A stretch of DNA of 63,902 nucleotides, the filler included, from Octopus bimaculoides (taxonomy: Eukaryota), in the NCBI RefSeq assembly GCF_001194135.2. It is 4 parts of 4 records of this genome, joined end to end, with 100 filler letters (N's around TTAATTAATTAA, not from the genome) between each part and the next. Parts side by side here need not be neighbours in the genome. Positions count along the whole stretch, not along the records: positions 1 to 25,191 come from NC_068995.1; 3 more parts are not named here. One strand, 5' to 3'. Each line of letters begins with the position of its first letter. The stretch's first letter is position 1. Shown here in pieces: positions 1 to 11,886 of the stretch. Position numbers and translations under genes: made by a program. A model generated the notes under the pieces. That model made no database searches and was not told where the DNA came from. It was given only the letters and a program-made list of their open reading frames with translations.

Positions 1-199
1 AAATATATCCACAGTGATTTCAGAAAAGTAAAGGTTACAGTTTTTTTTCTTTTTGCGTTTAGCTGTTATTTCTAGCATATCAAGTTTCCCTCAGTGTCTA
101 ATCCCAATGTGCACCTTTTTAAAAATTTATTTACGTTGTTTAGAAAAGAAAAAAGTAATTTAAAAAAAATTATTTACTTTGTTTAAAAGAAATTATTTA

Positions 200-365
200 C
201 TAATTTGCATGCGCACACATGTATTCATTTGCACGCGCGCTCGCGCGCACTTTTCGTAGGATCGACCACTCACGACTAGCTAGCGTGGACGCGCGACAGC
301 GCGACTGCGCGTTCGGGTCCGCTCTGCTTGAGTAGTACCCATCTTGCCTTATATATATATAAGGA
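200..365 (-). promoter_or_regulatory. CpG-rich candidate promoter / non-coding first exon (TATA-like, GTGAGT donor, octamer motifs)
   Basis: CpG-dense island in an otherwise CpG-poor background; palindromic CCTTATATATATATAAGG at 347-364; minus-strand GTGAGT donor at 273-268; ATTTGCAT octamer at 203-210 and ATTTGCAC at 227-234. No transcript evidence. Confidence 0.3.
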
Positions 366-544
366 TAAATACGGATAAATGATTTAAAATAGATATATTT
401 TGGAAATGGCGATTTACGGTACAATACCTAGAAACGTGAAAATCAGGCCACATGGGTTTGTTTACATTAATTCGGCAGTTTCCGTAAAAAGTGTTGGGTT
501 AGGGAAGTGGAAAAGAACGCGAAGGAGATAGAGAGAGCGCGCTC

Positions 545-800
545 TCCCTCTCTATCTCTCTTCCTCCCTCCCTTACACACATGCCAGTTATCTCTCATCT
601 TCTCTCTCTCTCCCTCTCTATCTCTCTCTCTCCCTCTCTATCTCTCTCTCCCTCCCTTACACACATGCCAGTTATCTCTCACCTTCTCTCTCTCCCTCCC
701 TTGCACATATGCCAGTTATCTCTCACCTTCTCTCTCTCCCTCCTTTATACACACACATGCCAGTTATCTCTATTTCTTTCTTTCTTTCTTTCTTTCTTTC
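545..800. repeat. CT-rich minisatellite with four copies of CACA(C/T)ATGCCAGTTATCTCT
   Basis: Motif recurs at about 566, 660, 705 and 752, separated by (CT)n tracts of variable length. Confidence 0.85.
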
Positions 801-986
801 TCTCTCTCCCTGTCTCACACACACAGCAACATTACACACACACACATGCTGCTGCCTCACACTAACAAAAGAACTTCACATACCACACTTTCTGTCTTGC
901 ATACTCACTATAAAAACTTAGCGTCTATTTCTTTTTGGCAACATGTGTTTTGTGTGTAATGTTGCTGTGTGTGTGAGAGAAGGAGA

Positions 987-1004
987 GAAAGAAAGAAAGA
1001 AAAA

Positions 1005-1068
<64 letters not shown>
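987..1068. repeat. (AGAA)n microsatellite running into an assembly gap
   Basis: Direct reading; N-gap at 1069-1696. Confidence 0.95.
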
Positions 1069-1739
1069 NNNNNNNNNNNNNNNNNNNNNNNNNNNNNNNN
1101 NNNNNNNNNNNNNNNNNNNNNNNNNNNNNNNNNNNNNNNNNNNNNNNNNNNNNNNNNNNNNNNNNNNNNNNNNNNNNNNNNNNNNNNNNNNNNNNNNNNN
1201 NNNNNNNNNNNNNNNNNNNNNNNNNNNNNNNNNNNNNNNNNNNNNNNNNNNNNNNNNNNNNNNNNNNNNNNNNNNNNNNNNNNNNNNNNNNNNNNNNNNN
1301 NNNNNNNNNNNNNNNNNNNNNNNNNNNNNNNNNNNNNNNNNNNNNNNNNNNNNNNNNNNNNNNNNNNNNNNNNNNNNNNNNNNNNNNNNNNNNNNNNNNN
1401 NNNNNNNNNNNNNNNNNNNNNNNNNNNNNNNNNNNNNNNNNNNNNNNNNNNNNNNNNNNNNNNNNNNNNNNNNNNNNNNNNNNNNNNNNNNNNNNNNNNN
1501 NNNNNNNNNNNNNNNNNNNNNNNNNNNNNNNNNNNNNNNNNNNNNNNNNNNNNNNNNNNNNNNNNNNNNNNNNNNNNNNNNNNNNNNNNNNNNNNNNNNN
1601 NNNNNNNNNNNNNNNNNNNNNNNNNNNNNNNNNNNNNNNNNNNNNNNNNNNNNNNNNNNNNNNNNNNNNNNNNNNNNNNNNNNNNNNNNNNNNNNNTTAA
1701 TCTAAACTTTTAGCATTACATTTACAGCCCCCTCCCTTT

Positions 1740-1990
1740 ATAACTCTATGTAAACAAGCGTTCTTACTTCTAACGGTCACTTGCTTGGCCATGTAATATT
1801 ATAGCTCGTAAGTTACCTCATCATTTCGCATTTGTCTTGCTTTTATATGTTGGTTCCCTGACGATGAATATATGTGGAATTCCAGCAGCTCTTACTTCTT
1901 TGGAGGAGAGCACACATATATTTTGAAACATGTGTAGGAATTAAAGGAACTTTTATTTATATGCGTTTTGCTCCATTTATTGTCATTATT
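1740..1990 (+). mobile_element. Probable Penelope-like element pseudo-LTR remnant carrying the hammerhead
   Basis: Inferred only from the minimal type-I hammerhead, a form typical of Penelope-like elements; Penelope RT fragments occur elsewhere in the window. Boundaries uncertain. Confidence 0.4.
1850..1944 (+). ncRNA. Minimal type-I hammerhead ribozyme motif
   Basis: Stem I TTGGTTCC (1850-57) pairs with GGAATTAA (1937-44). Core CTGACGA 1858-64. Stem II GAATATATGTG (1866-76) pairs with CACATATATTT (1913-23). GAAA 1925-28. Short stem III AC-ATGT-GT, cleavage triplet GTA at 1934-36. The 10.1-11.1 pair is a U-U mismatch. Confidence 0.75.
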
Positions 1991-2156
1991 CACACATATA
2001 TATATATATATATATATAGGTATATATGTATACATATGTATGTGTATATATATATGTATATATATATATATGTATATACGCATAAACATATATATACATG
2101 CATATATATACATGTATGTATATATGTATATAGATGCATGTATATATGTATTCATA

Positions 2157-3081
2157 TGAAGACCTGTTGAGGCAAGTGAAATCGAAATCGAGATAAATTC
2201 GACGACTGGCAACCATGCCAACGTCGTCTCCTTCATTGGACACGAAACTCAGCTTGCGAAGACTTGTTGGGGCAAGCGAAGGCGAAATCGTGATGGCACC
2301 TGTGTCGAGCGTCGCCTTTCTGGCACTTGCGCCCGCGGCATGTGAGAGGACTTTCGAGAGAGATCGTTGCCAGTGCCCTTGGACTGGCTCTTGTGCGGGT
2401 GGCACATAAAATACACCATTTTGAGCATGGCCGTTNNNNNNNNNNGGCTCTTGTGCGGGTGGCACATAAAATACACCATTTTGAGCATGGCCGTTGCCAG
2501 TACTGCCTGACTGGCCTTCGTGCCGGTGGCACGTGGAAGCACCCACTACACTCTCTGAGTGGTCGGCGTTAGGAAGGGCATCCAGCTGTAGAAACTCTGC
2601 CAATTGGAAATATGCTGTGCNNNNNNNNNNGCATCCAGCTGTAGAAACTCTGCCAATTGGAAATATGCTGTGCGTGAGAAGACCCGGCAAACCAAGTGAG
2701 ACCTAAATCTAAGGCGTCAGCCAGTCCACTTATGCGTTCCTTCCTTCATTGGACACTAGACTCCGCTTGCGAAGACCTGTTGAGGCGAGTGAAATCGAAA
2801 TCGAGTTAAATTGGACACTAAACTCCACTTGCAAAGACCTGTTGAGGCAAGTGAAATCGAGTTAAATTCGACGACTGGCACCCATGCCAACGTCGTCTCC
2901 TTCATTGGACACGAAACTCAGCTTGAGAAGACTTATTGGGGCAAGCGAAAGCGAAATCGTGATGGTACCTGTGCCCAGCGTCGCCTTTCTGGCACTTGTG
3001 CCCGCGGCATGTGTAAGGACTTTCGAGCGAGATCGTTGCCAGTGCCCCTGGACTGGCTCTTGTGCGGGTGGAACATAAAAT
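2157..3081 (+). repeat. Tandem (about 670-bp period) array derived from the 3' UTR of the RTE-type LINE
   Basis: CCATGCCAACGTCGTCTCCTTCATTGGACACGAAACTCAGCTT at 2213 and 2882; GACCTGTTGAGGC-AGTGAAATCG at 2161, 2774 and 2836. Blocks match the UTR of the copy at 3771-4636. Confidence 0.75.
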
Positions 3082-3500
3082 NNNNNNNNNNNNNNNNNNN
3101 NNNNNNNNNNNNNNNNNNNNNNNNNNNNNNNNNNNNNNNNNNNNNNNNNNNNNNNNNNNNNNNNNNNNNNNNNNNNNNNNNNNNNNNNNNNNNNNNNNNN
3201 NNNNNNNNNNNNNNNNNNNNNNNNNNNNNNNNNNNNNNNNNNNNNNNNNNNNNNNNNNNNNNNNNNNNNNNNNNNNNNNNNATATATATATATATATATA
3301 TATATAAAGAAAAAAGGATTTTATCCTTTATATCTATACTGTTCAGTATCTATGCGTTGAATAAAATTTATCTTTCTACTTGTTCTACCATACATTTCAG
3401 CGCTTCGATAAACTAACTTGTTTGTTTACATACGGCGTAACATATACGACATCTAACACTCCTGGATGATTCTATAACTTCTTAAATTGCAGAAGAATTT

Positions 3501-3586
3501 GGCGGTCAGGCGGTTTAGCTTAAATGGTAAGGCATTGTAACCGGATATTAGAGGGATGCGAGTTCGATCCTCATGGCTGGCTGCCG
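3501..3586 (+). pseudogene. tRNA-like sequence (SINE head or tRNA pseudogene)
   Basis: A-box TAGCTTAAATGG (3516-27), D-stem GCTT/AGGC, B-box and T-arm GCGAGTTCGATCCTC (3558-72), TTTTT at 3592-96. Anticodon arm and canonical acceptor stem pair poorly, so no isotype is assigned. Confidence 0.55.
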
Positions 3587-3770
3587 ACAAATTTTTCTGC
3601 TTTTAAAAAGAAAAATGGATTTTATCCTCTATATCTTGACTGTTCAGTATCTATGCATTGAATAAAATTTATCTTTCTACTCGTTCTTATATATATATAT
3701 ATATGTATATATACATAAGTATGTATATATATATGTATATATGAATATACACATATATATATGTGTGTAT

Positions 3771-4636
3771 ATCATCATCATCATCGTTGTTTAACGTGCA
3801 ATTTCCATGGACTGGACAGTTTGACTGGGGGCTGGCATGCCAGAAGGCTGTACCAGGCTCCAATCCAATCTGGCAAAGTTTCTATAGCTGGATGCCCTTC
3901 CTAACACCAACCACTCTGAGAGTGTAGTGGGTGCTTTTTACATGCCACTGGCACGAGGGCCAGTCAGGCAGTACTGGCACTGACCATCCTTGAATGGTGC
4001 TTTTTACATGCTACGGGCATGGGAGCCAGTCAGGCAGGACTGGCAATGATCACACTCGAATGGTGCTTTTCACATGCCATCAGCACAGGACTAGTCAGCC
4101 GACACTGATGTCGACCACACTTGAATGGTGCTTTTTATGTGCCACTGGCATGGGAGCCAGTTGGGTGGCACTGGCAACGATCACGCTCGAATGTTGCTTT
4201 TAACATGCCACTGGCATGGGTGCCAATCAGGAGGTGCTGTCATCAGCCACAACAACGATTTCACTTGCCTCAACAGATCTTCACAGGTACAGTTTGTTGC
4301 CCAATGACTGAAGGGTACTCTTAAATGGGCTGGTTATGCTGCAATGGCATAGACCACGGTTACGGTCTCACTTGGCTTGCTGGGTCTTCTCAAACACAGC
4401 ATATCTCCAAAGGTCTCAGTAGTCACTTGTCATCGATTCCATGAGGCCCAACGTTCAAAGGTCATGCTTCACCACCTCATCCCAGATCTTCCTGGGTCTA
4501 CCTTTTCCACAGGTCCCCCCTCTGCTAGTGTGTGACACTTTTTCACACAGCTGTCATTATCCATACTCAACACATGACCATACCAGCGCAGTCGTCTCTT
4601 TTGTACACCACATCTGATGCTTCTTAAGTCCAACAT
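3771..4636 (-). mobile_element. RTE-clade LINE 3' end (RT C-terminus, 3' UTR with about 66-bp tandem repeats, (GAT)n tail)
   Basis: Minus-strand translation ...GVQKRRLRWYGHVLSMDNDSCVKKC...; GAATGGTGCTTTT repeats at 3992, 4058, 4123 and 4189; (ATC)n at 3771-3785. Confidence 0.85.
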
Positions 4637-4643
4637 GTATGTA

Positions 4644-4674
<31 letters not shown>

Positions 4675-4940
4675 GTGTGTGTGTGTGTGTATATATGCTT
4701 TCGGTGTAAATGGTTTTGTTATATGGCACCGTATTTTACAATCCTGCAAATAATAATAATGGTATTTTTTATATAAGTGTAAAGCTTATGGCAATCATTG
4801 TATAATGACTAAGGAAAATAATCTAATAACGGGGCATATAAGCCCTCGATAGAAAAAAGAAGGCTTCTCTATCTGCATGGGACTCGAACCATGTATATAT
4901 ATATACACACATATATATGTGTGTGTGTGTATGTCTGTGT

Positions 4941-5140
4941 GTCTGTGTTTGTACCCCCACCATCACTTGACAATCGATGTTACTATGTTTACAGTCCTGT
5001 AACTTAGCCATTTGGTAAAACCCTGATAGAATAAGTACTAGGCTCACAAAGAATAAATCCTGGAGTCGATTTCTTCGACTAAAGGCAGTGCTCCGGCATG
5101 TCCATAGTCACATGACTAAAATGAATAAAACAATAAAAAA
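4941..5140 (+). mobile_element. SINE 3' portion (family also seen at 41383-41680)
   Basis: Shares the TTGACAA-CGATG...GTTTAC...TAACTTAGC body and A-rich tail with the other SINE copies in the window. Confidence 0.7.
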
Positions 5141-5186
5141 CTATGCCGTTTTAATCCCGAGCAATGCCAGGTATCTCTGCTAGTCA

Positions 5187-5960
5187 TCCTTTAAATCTTA
5201 AGCTCTTGCAGATTTTTATAGTCCCAGATAGCATGATTATTGGTAGTGTGTGAATTAAAGATTTGCATTCTCTCCCCAAGAAACAAAAATCAGCCATATC
5301 TTGTTCCAGACAGTTTGATATGTATCCTGGTGCACCAATAATAATAGGTATGAAACTGGAGGTGTATCATGGGTACTAGATTTGCAAACTCCTTGTAAAT
5401 AGTCCATAGACATCCTCTTTGTCTTGTATTTTTCTCACCATATTGGTGTCCAGAGAGCAGCTGATTTCCACAACAGAATATATCTTTTCCTTATGGTCCC
5501 ACACAACAATATCTGGCCAGTTTTGTTTTAATTTGGTAGCTGTTTTAATTTCTAAGTTCCACTAATATTCTTTTGACTCGCTGGTCTTGGTATAGTCAAC
5601 TTTGTAGGTGTTTTCTTTTTTGTTATCCTGTTCAAAACTGTTCTGACCACTGCATCATGTCTCACGAGAAGCTAATATCTGGAAGACATTCTCTTGCAGT
5701 TGGCAATAATGTGGTTGATGTCTTCAGTGTTTGTCTTATCTATCAGTGCTTTCTGTTTTTTATGCTATAGATACTTAATGGGATACTTAGTGAGATACTT
5801 AGTGGGATGTCATAAACTTGTTGGTACTCTATGCCAAGCTTTTCACATGAACAATGCTTTCTATGGTTTGTGTTTTTTGTGCCAAGTACACTTGTACTAT
5901 CTTCTAAGTGAACTGGTCCATTTAAAAAATTTTTTTTCTGATAAATAGATTTTACCAATG
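5187..5960 (-). mobile_element. REL-endonuclease non-LTR retrotransposon (R4/Dong-like) C-terminal fragment
   Basis: Minus strand: TEDINHIIANC..MSSRY..VRHD (CCHC + RHD motif), then WPDIVVWD...VEIS (PD-(D/E)xK-like), ending GTIKICKSLRFK. Stops and frameshifts present. Confidence 0.8.
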
Positions 5961-5979
5961 CTCCTGGCAGAGAGATCTA

Positions 5980-6370
5980 CAGTGCGTGTCTAATCATTAA
6001 GCAGCTCTGTTTTTTTAAATAGCAGAGTATTTATTAATTTGAATCCAGAGATTTTTTCACTGAATGATGGCAACATCTCCCTGCACACACTGTAGTGAAA
6101 TAAATTGGATCCGTGCATATATAAACAAACGGCGGCCATTTTCGTGAAACAGCAACAGTTTTACTGTCCTAAATTATTAGGCAAGTGCCCAATAAAAGTA
6201 TTAATTATAGGTAAAAAATGTGATTTAACATCAAATGAGAAGTCCAGCGTCGTCTCAGAGCTTGGAAAAACAAAAACGACATTGAAAATATCAAAGATCC
6301 TGGGAAGAGATCATTGAACTGTGAAGAAATTTGTGGAGTCTTCTGCTGTCCATTCGAGGGCTGACAAGGG
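5980..6370 (+). mobile_element. Tc1-like transposon left end with transposase N-terminus, truncated
   Basis: TA|CAGTG start at 5978-84; translation GKKCDLTSNEKSSVVSELGKTKTTLKISKILGRDH*TVKKFV...RADKG (paired-like HTH); ends where the LTR-like sequence begins at 6371. Confidence 0.7.
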
Positions 6371-9300
6371 TGTAGTGACCCCTGGTGGCTATGACAGCAA
6401 GCAAAATGGAAAAGGGATGTAATGAGAGTAATCTCCCTCGAGCTTCTAGAATGTTCGAGACTTTTCTGGAAGCTTCCGGTTTTATGTGGAAGTCGGAGAC
6501 TTACGGTCCAGCCCTTATATAAAGGAAAGAAATTTTAAATTCGTGCCATTCAGTGCCTGTCTGGAGTTGTGTTCATTCAGTATGTGAGGAGCTGTTTTTG
6601 ATATTGCTATTTTTNNNNNNNNNNNNNNNNNNNNNNNNNNNNNNNNNNNNNNNNNNNNNNNNNNNNNNNNNNNNNNNNNNNNNNNNNNNNNNNNNNNNNN
6701 NNNNNNNNNNNNNNNNNNNNNNNNNNNNNNNNNNNNNNNNNNNNNNNNNNNNNNNNNNNNNNNNNNNNNNNNNNNNNNNNNNNNNNNNNNNNNNNNNNNN
6801 NNNNNNNNNNNNNNNNNNNNNNNNNNNNNNNNNNNNNNNNNNNNNNNNNNNNNNNNNNNNNNNNNNNNNNNNNNNNNNNNNNNNNNNNNNNNNNNNNNNN
6901 NNNNNNNNNNNNNNNNNNNNNNNNNNNNNNNNNNNNNNNNNNNNNNNNNNNNNNNNNNNNNNNNNNNNNNNNNNNNNNNNNNNNNNNNNNNNNNNCCCAA
7001 CGAAATGATTAACAAAACAAGAGAAAAACCATCATTTACAAGCCATATAATGCCAAAAACAAAAAATTCAAGTACCTAAAAGAAAGCACTATTGAAAAAT
7101 GCCTTGGGCCGGTATCAAAGGAGATAAAATACCTGGCTTGAGGAACAAGGTTTTCCACAATAGAAGCACAGTTCGAGTCAGTAGAGAAGGCTAGAGACTT
7201 CTCGACTCGAATTGTGCAGAATGGGAATATATTATTTCTACCCTTATATTTGGGTAGAACTTCTCGAATAAAAATTTAAAATAACCCGCCAGAAGTGGAG
7301 GCTGCTTGGATTGTAGCCACCATTCTTTTCGGAAGGGAGGAAAAAATTAATATTATTCAAATCTCCAGAGACACCCCACAAAACTGGCGAGGCCAAACGC
7401 TAGAGATTCTTGCACAAGCTTCATCTACTGATTTGGAAAGCCTCCCAGAGTCCATTCACATAGGGAAGGAAACAGTGTTAACTGTTCATGTGGAAGGAAG
7501 GTGACCCCTAAAAATAAAATAATAAAAACCAATGATACCCAGAAAAAATTCAAGGTCCCGCCAAAATATGGGAAAATAAACTTAACTGAAAATGATATAC
7601 CCAAAAAGGAAGACATTGTAGTAATTGCCTACAAGAATCAAAACAAATATTTAGAAGGAGTGATCAAACCACACATATGGACGAGAGTTTATGAAAACAA
7701 GGACAATGATACGATAACCATTGCAAAAGCCCTGAGAGACTTATATTTAGAACTCAAGGAGAGAAATAGAGGAAAAACTTGGCTCTGCAGAGTCATACAA
7801 TCTTCATGGACCCAGAAAGTGAGTCGGTTGTTCTGGATCTGACATACAGAGGTAAGGCCTTCGCATTGGTGGGCATTTACACGCCTAATACAATAGGCAA
7901 ACGGAATGAGGTCTATCAACACCTGGAGAATTTTCTGGTGACGTCAAAGACACTAGTTGCGTTAGGTGATTTTAACGCTATTCTCGATGCATGCCTGAAT
8001 AGTGTAGGCTCAAATGATAGGAGATGTAACTCACGCCTTGTCGATCTGCTGAAGTGATTTAGGCTGGCAGATCGATTCAGACTTGATAATCTGAGCGTGC
8101 CAATATGAACTTGGACTAATCATCACAGATCGATCAGGTGTTACATAGACAGCATTATAGTTAACACTAGAGATAAGTCTAGTTTTAGCTGTCCACAATA
8201 TACCTATGTACCCTGCACGGATCACAAATTAGTGACATGTAGGTTGCATATAGATATGGTCCATAGACAGGGATCTGGCTATTGCAAGTTGAACGAGTTC
8301 CTATTGGATTGCGAAACTTACCATAGCCAGATTAAGGTGTTAGTTATGAGGGCACTAACCAGCACTGTATCAAATAACCAGTGGTGGGGTGCCCTCAAAA
8401 GAGCCATTCGAATTGAGTCAATTAGATTTAGCAAGCAGTTAAATCTAGAGCAGACTAGAGTAGAAAGGGATTTAGTTAAAGCGTTAGAAGAGGCACTGAG
8501 AGTGGGCTCTGCACCCCAAGTTTTGGTGGCGAGATCGGCCTTGGACTGACACCTCAATACCAAACTCAAAGGAAGCAGAGTCCGGGATAAAGTACATGCA
8601 CTGGGCCGTGAGGGTATCAATGTTGCCAGGTGGGCTCGCTCGGTAGAAACCCAACGTGGCGTGGATGCTACAATAAGGTCTGTAGTTAATGAACATGGAC
8701 AGGAGATGTGCAAGGCCTTTCACGAGCACTTTGCCGCGTTGTTCGGGAGGAGTGGGATGCTGGACCATGGGGATTTCCTGGCCGGTGGCCCGCATCTTTC
8801 GGCACACAATGCTGAGTGCTGTGAAGGGCTGATCATGGCTGAGTAGGTTATAGAGATGCATTCCAAGTGTCCAGGGGACAATTTATTGGGATTAGATGGA
8901 CTACCTTACAAATTTTGTAAAAGTATGCCAGACTTGTTCGGGAACATACTGGCTAGTGTTTACACAAATTGGTAGCAGAATGGGAGAATTCCCAAATCTG
9001 TGAGCCGAGGAGTTGTAACACTAAGCAAGGACATGAGCAAGGGGAATAACGTAAATAATTTTAGGCCCATAACTCTGCTAGACACAGAGTTAAAGATTTT
9101 GGCCAAGGTGTTAGCCAAGAGAATGAGGATTGTCGTAGGCAACCTGGTGGGAGAGGCACAGACATGTGCCATTCCAGGTAGGATGATATTCGACAACTTT
9201 CATCTCATACACTACATCATAGAGAGGGTGGGTAAAGTTTCTAGCAAAGGTGGGGCACTGGTGAATTTAGACCAGTCTAAGGCATTCGATAGGGTCAACC

Positions 9301-10125
9301 ATCGGTATTTGGTGGCGGTCCTCTGGGTGGTCGGTCTTGGCCTGACTTTCCAAGGCTGGATTGAAGTTTTATATTGCAATATCAAATCTGTAACCTGGGT
9401 GAATGGGTTCATCTCGAGCCCATTCGCGATTGAATGTTGGGTTTGCCAGGGCTGCCCCCTGTCCCAGCTCCTGAGCCACTGCTGCAGAGATTGGGGACGA
9501 TGTAGGGAGACCCACATGATCTATGTTATGGTAGAAATGCGATGGCATATGCGGATGATGTTACCATCATCATATCTGATGAAGGGCAGCTACCTCATGT
9601 AGAAGACACCATCAAAGGATATGAAGTGGTGGCAGGGGCAAAAATTAACCAGGAAAAATCAGTTGGCTCGCAATTCGGCACCTGGCATGGCAAGTCGATG
9701 CCTCCCAACAGTGTCATCGGATGCTGGATAGAGGGCCTGGTTAAATTGCTCAGAATCTGGTTTGCAACAGATCTCCAGCTGGAGAAGAACTGGAGTAAGG
9801 TAGCAAGTAAGGTGATGGCCATAACCCAGACCTGGTCTGGGAAGCCATTATCCTTGCTAGGGAGGGACGAGGTTGCACAGGTGTTTATAGCATCTGTGAT
9901 AACCCATCGCCTGACTGTCATGCCTTGCCCCGGTTTGAGGCTGACCAAACTGGAACGGATCCTTTTCCACTTTTTGTGGAAGAGGAAACTACCACTTGTG
10001 AGGCGCTCCATCTACTGCCAGAAACTGTTAAAGGGTGAGCTGGGGATGCCTTGGATGATGATGTGCAAGCACACGTTGAGGTTGAGACACCTCCGGCACA
10101 ACCTGGATGGTGAGCATGATTTTTT
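6371..10125 (+). mobile_element. Degenerate Tx1/L1-type LINE: LTR-like head, ORF1, APE endonuclease, reverse transcriptase
   Basis: TGTAGTG start with TATATAAA at 6516; ORF1-like KTIIYKPYN...FLPLYLGR at about 7025-7270; APE motifs GIYTP, GDFN, TDHKLV (7860-8240); RT motifs FRPITLL, LDQSKAFDRV, QGCPLS, YADD (9060-9560). Many stops and frameshifts; gap at 6615-6995. Confidence 0.85.
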
Positions 10126-10189
10126 GTTTTTCCTGAATTATTTTGTTAATTATTAGCTACTGTATACAGCCCCAAACCACCTTCTTTCT

Positions 10190-11880
10190 TCCAGCTTGCT
10201 CAAGTGTTATAATCTTGTTGGTGGCACAATGATCCTGAAAAAAACAGATTTATTCATGATGATCTGACAGGTTATTGGACAGTAACTTTTAGCAAGAGTG
10301 GTTTGGCTATCTTGGGGGATGAGGAGAGTAGTTGCAGTTGGTAATCATTGGGGCAGTTTTTATGTACCCTTGGTACTTTCTCCGTACAACTGCACAAGAT
10401 CTCACCACTGAAAGGTAAAATTCTTCAACCAGTAACCTGTTATGAGGTCTGGGCCTAAGGATATCCTTCTGTAGAACTATTTCCAATATTTTGCTATCTA
10501 TTTCATATTGCTTTTCCTAGATATGCTGGCAGTAGTCTTGTTCTAGTTCTTTTAGTCATACAGCTTGTTTGTCGTTTGTATGTATGTATTTATGTATGTA
10601 TGTTATCAATCAGTTTCATTTCTGTATTTCTTGTCCATAGAGAAAGAGCCAGACTCTAACATAGATTCAAGGCTCCTTCAATGGAACTTTTATCAACATC
10701 ATCTAGGTATTTGTGCATGTGTGTGTGTGTGCAGTATTTGGTGTTAGTGTATGCGCAGATTTGTATGTTTGTTTTATGGATGCGTTTTTATGTATATATT
10801 TCATGTCTAGATGCATGCATATGTATTTATGTGCTAAATTTTTGGAAAGTTTTACATATCTTTACAGTTCCATTGATGGCTTGAATCTGTAGTCTTCTAA
10901 TCAGCCTTTTTCTTTCAGGTTTTGAGAACCCTAATTTTTCCAGGTTTTTGTTGAGGCAGTTCGTTACATATCCCAATGCCCCAACAATCACAGGTATGAA
11001 TCTGAACTTGTAGTCTGGGTGGAGTATCTGTAAATTTCTCAGTAGCTCGGCGTAGTTGTTCTCTTTTTCTCTAATCTTTAGCGTGATGTTGACATCCGCA
11101 GGACAGCTGATTTCTACTATTGTACAGTTTTTCTTCTCTGTCCCAGATTACTATATCCAGTCTATTATGTCTGCACTTTATTGAGGTTTTTATTGGGACT
11201 ATGTATGTATGTATGTATGTATGTATGTATGAATGCATGCATGCATGTAGGTAGGTAGGTAGGTTAGGTGTGTTATCATCTATTTTTAATTATTTGCAGT
11301 CTTCTTGTAATGAAGGAACTGGGATTTTAATAAAGATATAAAGCTCTGCTGCTGGAATGTAAATAACAAAATTACCGTCATATGTTGAACTTCAGAAAAG
11401 TCTTGCATATTTTTACTGGTCAGTTTACAGATTGTATTTGTAAAGTGCATGTCAGCATATTGATGATTTTCTCTAAAAACCCTACTTTTTCCAGATTATT
11501 ATTTAAGAATTTACTCACAAAACCAAATGTACTAATTATTATTAGTATAAATGCAAATTTATAATGTGGGTACAGAAACTGAGGGTTTCAAAGCAGCTGG
11601 TTCTAGTTATCCTTTTTCTCTTTGATTTTCAGTGAGATATTCACATTAGCTGGACAGCTGACTTCTTTGATAGTAAATACTATTTATTGTCTGTCCCAAA
11701 CAATGATATCTGGTCTGTTATGTTTGCACTAGGTAGAAGTTTTAATGAGAATGTTCCAGCAATATCCCTTGTGTTGATGATTATGTGTGTACAATAACAG
11801 GGGGATTATCTATATTTGTCACAGGACAGTCTTTTTTTGGATAACATTTTGTATTGCTTTAGCAATAACATTATGTTACA
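10190..11880 (-). mobile_element. Cluster of R4/Dong-like LINE fragments
   Basis: About 10190-10510: RT-proximal TTLLIP...YCPITC. About 10820-11170: EISCPADVNITLKIREKENNY...IPVIVGALG...GTVKICKTF. About 11385-11880: HNRPDIIVWD...CKTFLKF. Homologous to 5187-5960. Confidence 0.75.
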
Positions 11881-11886
11881 TTGGAA

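Noticed and set aside
2385-2660. Exact duplications on both sides of 10-N gaps (also 40253-40443)
   Set aside because: Typical unmerged contig overlaps; assembly artefact.
3925-4250. Regularly spaced motifs resembling a CRISPR array (also 39507-39596 and 57707-57781)
   Set aside because: The whole units are homologous with no unique spacers, no cas genes are present, and the context is eukaryotic retroelements.
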